Of a stretch of 64,000 nucleotides of DNA, positions 59,742-64,000 are shown piece after piece. Every line of letters starts with the position of its first letter. Position 1 is the stretch's first letter. The notes beneath the pieces were generated by a model that worked only from the letters and a program-made list of their open reading frames with translations, did no database searches and was not told where the DNA came from. Origin of the DNA: Neptuniibacter sp. (lineage in GTDB: Bacteria; Pseudomonadota; Gammaproteobacteria; Pseudomonadales; Balneatricaceae); the NCBI GenBank assembly GCA_050789425.1, contig JAILXS010000003.1, positions 162,417 to 226,416 of the forward strand, given 5' to 3'. A program made the translations under genes and the position numbers.

Positions 59742-60404
59742 ATGATGTCTTATACCGCCCCGCAGATCGAACCCATTTCAGCTTGGTCTTCACACCTCTT
59801 TGTTGTTTCAAATCCAGATCATGAGTTCTTGAAAGATGAGCTTCTGGAGCATATTTATCATTATCAGGACAATCAGGTTCAGACTATCGCTAGTGATGTG
59901 GCTGTTACGGCAAAACATCAGCTGAGTGAAAGTAAATTGTGCTTTCTGGAGTCTCAGGAGGCGGTGATTATGGAATTACGCCGAATGCTTGAGGAACTTA
60001 TCTCAGCTGTGGCATCCGAGGTGAATCGTGACCACTGGCCGGAAGGAGCTGAAGGCGATGCTTCAATAATTGAGTCATGGTTTCATGTAACAAAAAATGG
60101 CGGTTACCACGATGTGCATTCACATCCGAATTGCTCGTGGTGCGGCATATACTATCTTGATCCAGGTGAAAGTGATTTGGGTTCCAGAAATGGTGTAAAT
60201 CGTTTTTATGATCCTCGAGTCAATGCGGATCATTATTCTGATGCCGGGTCTGCATATATTAATCAGCAGGGCTTTTGGGATTTTGAGCCAGTGGAAGGCC
60301 AGATCGTGATTTTCCCCTCGTATCTTAAGCACTCTGCACTCCCCTATTTTGGTGATAAGGATCGAGTGGTTATTGCTTTTAATGCGGTGATTGATCTGGC
60401 CTGA
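59742..60404 (+). CDS. Putative 2OG-Fe(II) oxygenase-like protein (TIGR02466-like)
   Basis: 220 aa with a HDVHSHPNCSWCGIYYL...FPSYLKHS pattern. Confidence 0.45.
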   Translation: MMSYTAPQIEPISAWSSHLFVVSNPDHEFLKDELLEHIYHYQDNQVQTIASDVAVTAKHQLSESKLCFLESQEAVIMELRRMLEELISAVASEVNRDHWPEGAEGDASIIESWFHVTKNGGYHDVHSHPNCSWCGIYYLDPGESDLGSRNGVNRFYDPRVNADHYSDAGSAYINQQGFWDFEPVEGQIVIFPSYLKHSALPYFGDKDRVVIAFNAVIDLA

Positions 60405-60422
60405 TCAGTAGTATTGTCAGTA

Positions 60423-60809
60423 TCACTGCCAGGTGACAACTTTACCTCTATCAAACAGGTGGCCGGACTGAACTTTCTGATAGCTTATAAATATATTGCT
60501 ATAAGAAACACCGCTTCGTTTTGATACCGAGAATGCTAAACACTCCAGCATAGTTTGTATGGCATCGGCTTTATGGAAGCTTGGTGCGTGCAGGTCCACC
60601 AGAATTGGGTGGCTGCCGGTTTGAGGTTGGGTTGCTGGCAATAAACCAGCGACAGCATAATGACGTGGGGGAATAAATTCCCAAGTGACCGTTATGTGCT
60701 CGATGCTGATATCCGTTCTTCGAGCAAAGTCATCCGTGATGCTTTTAATCATCCCTGGTACATCAACGTCATTATCGAACGGCAAAGACTTTATACTGAT
60801 AAGAGGCAT
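60423..60809 (-). CDS. Possible tautomerase-superfamily protein
   Basis: The ATG at 60809 gives MPLISIKSLP (Pro-1 after Met) and about 128 aa. The support is weak. Confidence 0.35.
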   Translation of the reverse strand: MPLISIKSLPFDNDVDVPGMIKSITDDFARRTDISIEHITVTWEFIPPRHYAVAGLLPATQPQTGSHPILVDLHAPSFHKADAIQTMLECLAFSVSKRSGVSYSNIFISYQKVQSGHLFDRGKVVTWQ

Positions 60810-60886
60810 AGGTCTTCTCAATTCATTTTTAAAAAACTTAAGCTAGATGAAACCAACTTAAAAAACAAGAGCTTATTGTTCGAGTG

Positions 60887-61252
60887 TTATTTTCTTTCGG
60901 AATTAAGAATATATTCTTCTAGCTTTTTATCAACACCGAAGATGTGACGTTTCAGCCATTCAGAGAGAAATGATGACAGCATATCCCGCAAGCCTGAATC
61001 ATAACTATGGTGTTCATCGATCATTCTCTGAAGCTCGGCTCTGAACTTGTTATGGGCTTGTAGGTGTTGTTCGTACTCTGGGTAATTAAGCTGCAGCATA
61101 TAGGCTTCTTCCATCAGGAAGTGGTGTTCTGCGTAGTCGTTAAGGCGCGCAAAAGTGCTGCTATCGACATGCTCTGCTTTAATTTCATCAATCAGCTCAA
61201 ATAAGACCTGATGTTGCTTATCCTGCCAGATCAGTTCACTGGTAATTATCAT
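60887..61252 (-). CDS. Bacteriohemerythrin
   Basis: 121 aa with LIWQDKQHQVLFELI, YAEHHFLMEE, HLQAHNKF and WLKRHIFGVD. Confidence 0.8.
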   Translation of the reverse strand: MIITSELIWQDKQHQVLFELIDEIKAEHVDSSTFARLNDYAEHHFLMEEAYMLQLNYPEYEQHLQAHNKFRAELQRMIDEHHSYDSGLRDMLSSFLSEWLKRHIFGVDKKLEEYILNSERK

Positions 61253-61466
61253 GGATGCCTCTGATTATTGTTTTTGCACCAATCCCCTATCCTGCAATAT
61301 TTGTAAGTTAATGGAACTGATCTGCATCAGTAGCTTTGATATGTTTTAAGGCTCGGAACATGATTTACAAATTATTTACATAATCCAAAACATTGTCTGA
61401 CTTTTGCCAATCAACACGGGCGTACATTGCTATTAACCATTTGAATCAATGTGTAGGATAAAAATC

Positions 61467-62804
61467 ATGAACAGTTTCAGATTTCTTAAAATGTTTGGCG
61501 TGCTTTTGGCGGCTGTAATCACGCTGCTACCCTCTATGCTAGTTCAGGCTAAACAAGTTGAATTAGATATTAGTCTGGCCACACCGGTGATTGAGGCTGA
61601 AAAGCGCCATAGTACCTTTATCAAGATATCTCTGGAGGGGCTTAAACATTATCAGGAGCAGGCCCGGATTCCTGCAAATATAGCAATTGTTCTGGACAAG
61701 TCAGGCTCTATGCAGGGAGAGAAGATTCAAAGAGCGCGTGAGGCCGCAATCATGGCAATCAAGCGCCTTAACGGAAACGATATAGTTTCGGTTGTAAGCT
61801 ACGATACCCGGGTTAAGGTCATTGTACCGGCCACTAAGGTTAGTGATAAAAAAACAATATTCAGAGCCATTAACAGCATCAGAGCTAATGGTAATACAGC
61901 TCTTTTTGCAGGCGTAAGTAAAGGTGCGCACGAGCTGCGTAAGTTTCTGGATATTAACAAGGTAAACCGGGTTATATTGCTGTCTGACGGCTTAGCAAAC
62001 GTTGGCCCTAGTACTCCGAACGAATTGGGTAGCCTGGGGTTGTCACTGGCAAAGGAAGGGATGAGCGTGACGACCATTGGTCTGGGTTTAGGCTATAACG
62101 AAGATCTTATGACAAAGCTTGCAGGCTATAGCGATGGCAATCATGCTTTCGTTGAAAATGCTGATGATCTGGCAGAGGTTTTTCAGTATGAGTTCGGTGA
62201 TGTTCTCTCAGTGGTTGCACAAGGTGTAGAGATAATTATCCACTGTCAGAATGATGTTAAGCCTCTGCGAATTCTAGGTCGAGAGGCTGAAATTCGCGGC
62301 AGTAAGGTTTATACACGTATGAATCAGCTTTACAGTCAGCAGGAGAAATTCATCATTCTCGAAGTTGAGATTCCTGCGCAGAAAGCTGGAAGTGAACTCA
62401 GTCTGGTTGATGTAAACGTAAATTACACTGACCTTTATTCAAAAAAGAGTGAAAACCTTAAAAGCAATGTCGCTGCATTATTCAGTCGTTCGCAACAAGA
62501 AGTACAAAGCGCTGTTGATGCGGAAACATACGAGTCTGCAGCTGAACAGGTTGCTAACGAATTAAACCGGGAAGCAGTGCTGTTGCGCGATAAAGGCGAT
62601 ATAGAAGGTGCCAAAAGCATCCTGCAAAAAAGTGCAGATTATCTGGATAATCTAGGGCAGTCATTAGCGTCACCGAAGTTGCTTGAACAAAAAGAGGAAG
62701 CTCTACAGGATGCTGACGATCTCGAAAACGAAGAAGAATGGAATAAAAAGCGTAAAGAGCTGAAAGAGCGTCAATACAAACGCTCAACTCAACAAAGTTA
62801 TTAA
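61467..62804 (+). CDS. Secreted von Willebrand factor type A (VWA) domain protein
   Basis: A signal peptide, a MIDAS motif (VLDKSGSM) and LLSDGLAN. Confidence 0.8.
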   Translation: MNSFRFLKMFGVLLAAVITLLPSMLVQAKQVELDISLATPVIEAEKRHSTFIKISLEGLKHYQEQARIPANIAIVLDKSGSMQGEKIQRAREAAIMAIKRLNGNDIVSVVSYDTRVKVIVPATKVSDKKTIFRAINSIRANGNTALFAGVSKGAHELRKFLDINKVNRVILLSDGLANVGPSTPNELGSLGLSLAKEGMSVTTIGLGLGYNEDLMTKLAGYSDGNHAFVENADDLAEVFQYEFGDVLSVVAQGVEIIIHCQNDVKPLRILGREAEIRGSKVYTRMNQLYSQQEKFIILEVEIPAQKAGSELSLVDVNVNYTDLYSKKSENLKSNVAALFSRSQQEVQSAVDAETYESAAEQVANELNREAVLLRDKGDIEGAKSILQKSADYLDNLGQSLASPKLLEQKEEALQDADDLENEEEWNKKRKELKERQYKRSTQQSY

Positions 62805-64000
62805 TGCGGAATAAATCTATTTTGAAAAAAACACCCCTGCTTTTGATGATCCTGATTCTGCTGCCAGTGCTATTGCTGTCCTGGTACTCAATCAAGCTGG
62901 AAAAGCAGCAGCAATTGCTGCTGGGGCATCAGCTCACAGGTTTGATTGAAACTCAGCTTTTAGAAGTTGATCAGCAATTGCAGGGGCATTTTTTTAGAAT
63001 GGAGAAGGCTCTAAGGAATGCATTCGATGATCAGTTTTCTCTTAAAGATTCTGAATATATCCATGACCATTTGCGTGAGTTAGAAAGAAGCAGCCCGTAT
63101 GTGGATCAGATATTTATACTTAATCGCAATAAAAAAACTATTTACCCTGCGCTGCCTGATTCAAGTTTCCAAGAGCAGGTGTTTTTGGAGCAGTACCGCC
63201 CTCTTTTATCTCAAGGCCATCTTTTTTCCATAAAGACTGAATTAACAATTAGGTCAGAAGATTCGGCTGCAGCGACTGAGGACGAGTTAATAGAACTGGA
63301 GCGCTCTGCTGAAACTGTCGGGATTGTCAGCGCGCAGCTTAAATCAGCACCTGCTGCTCCTGAACTGGAAATATCTTCAAGGAGAATTGCTGAGTCTGAA
63401 TCTGAAACGGAACTTAGGATCGGTTATGACGCCATGTCTGATAGTGAAACAAAATCAAACCTGGCAGAGACCAAATCTGAGGCTGAGCTGCTTCAGTCAG
63501 ACGCTTCCGGATGGATAGCCTGGCATCAGGGCGCGGATTTGCAGCACATCTACTGGATAGAAGACCCGGATGGTCAGGTATTTGGTTTTAAGCTTAATGG
63601 CCAGCGACTCTTGTCTGATCTTCTGAATATATTGCCGGATCAATCAAGCGCTCAGATTCATAACTCATTAACCAATTCTGCAATTCGGCTGGTAAATAGT
63701 CAGAGCTTGACCACTTACGAATGGGGAGAGTTAACCGAGATAGATAAGCAGCTTAAACCATTAGAGATACTTCAGTTAAGCCATCCTCTGGGAAGCTGGC
63801 ATCTAGAGTTTTATAGCCCCTCTTTACAGGCGCCTGCAACTAACTGGTTAGAGAAATTAATGATTCTAGCTTTAGTCTTAACTGGTTTACTGGTCATCGG
63901 CTGGATTGTTTATAGAGAGCAAACCAGAGCCACAAGGCTTGCGGAGCAAAGAGTGAACTTTGTTAATCAGGTCTCCCATGAGCTCAAAACGCCTCTGACC
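62804..64000 (+). CDS. Sensor histidine kinase, partial (runs off the window)
   Basis: The ATG overlaps the VWA stop (TAATG). It has an N-terminal TM segment and a second TM near 63850. A HisKA box, VNQVSHELKTPLT, lies at the window end. Confidence 0.75.
   Translation, partial: MRNKSILKKTPLLLMILILLPVLLLSWYSIKLEKQQQLLLGHQLTGLIETQLLEVDQQLQGHFFRMEKALRNAFDDQFSLKDSEYIHDHLRELERSSPYVDQIFILNRNKKTIYPALPDSSFQEQVFLEQYRPLLSQGHLFSIKTELTIRSEDSAAATEDELIELERSAETVGIVSAQLKSAPAAPELEISSRRIAESESETELRIGYDAMSDSETKSNLAETKSEAELLQSDASGWIAWHQGADLQHIYWIEDPDGQVFGFKLNGQRLLSDLLNILPDQSSAQIHNSLTNSAIRLVNSQSLTTYEWGELTEIDKQLKPLEILQLSHPLGSWHLEFYSPSLQAPATNWLEKLMILALVLTGLLVIGWIVYREQTRATRLAEQRVNFVNQVSHELKTPLT

Overview
Positions ~1-50,900 are one contiguous Mo-nitrogenase (nif) island of the gammaproteobacterial Azotobacter / Pseudomonas stutzeri type: NifL-NifA regulation, an Rnf complex, nifF flavodoxin and a nif-linked clpX. 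No vnf/anf genes are present. I saw no transposase, integrase, tRNA, rRNA or CRISPR array anywhere in the window.

Gene order, left to right:
- modB'-modA, a GST, and a set of small accessory genes
- iscA-nifU-nifS plus two extra genes (minus strand)
- nifENX-DUF269-DUF683-fdxB-fesI plus two orphans
- nifHDKTY-orf1-lrv
- a SIR2-like gene divergent from nifH
- an FMN reductase and an FeSII-like ferredoxin
- a long nifB-fdxN-nifO-nifQ-nitroreductase-rhodanese-ankyrin-Grx-BolA-DUF3144 operon
- a DUF1289 gene and nifL-nifA
- rnfABCDGEH and nifF
- a clpP-led three-gene operon
- nifV-cysE-TPR-nifWZM-clpX-NifX-like
- an Fe-S/CCG oxidoreductase
- a divergent ADP-ribosylglycohydrolase / draT pair

Reading the intergenic regions by eye, I found 14 candidate sigma54 (-24 GG / -12 GC) promoters and 14 TGT-N10-ACA NifA-type enhancer sites. 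All are correctly oriented upstream of operons. Several drive genes with no described nif role.

The most interesting candidates:
1. A SIR2-like gene co-activated with nifH from a shared enhancer, in an island that also encodes DraT and an ADP-ribosylglycohydrolase.
2. A monocistronic 185-aa orphan with a NifA-type enhancer site and a sigma54-type promoter.
3. A nif-embedded clpP operon facing the nif clpX.
4. A tandem SagB-type nitroreductase, ankyrin, Grx and BolA inserted into the nifB operon.

Positions ~51,000-64,000 look like ordinary chromosome. They carry a DEAD-box helicase, rarD, a bacterial voltage-gated channel with an acidic selectivity filter, an aldehyde dehydrogenase, an FRG-domain protein, a hemerythrin, a VWA protein and a partial histidine kinase.

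All family calls rest on motif recognition from the translations, not on database searches.
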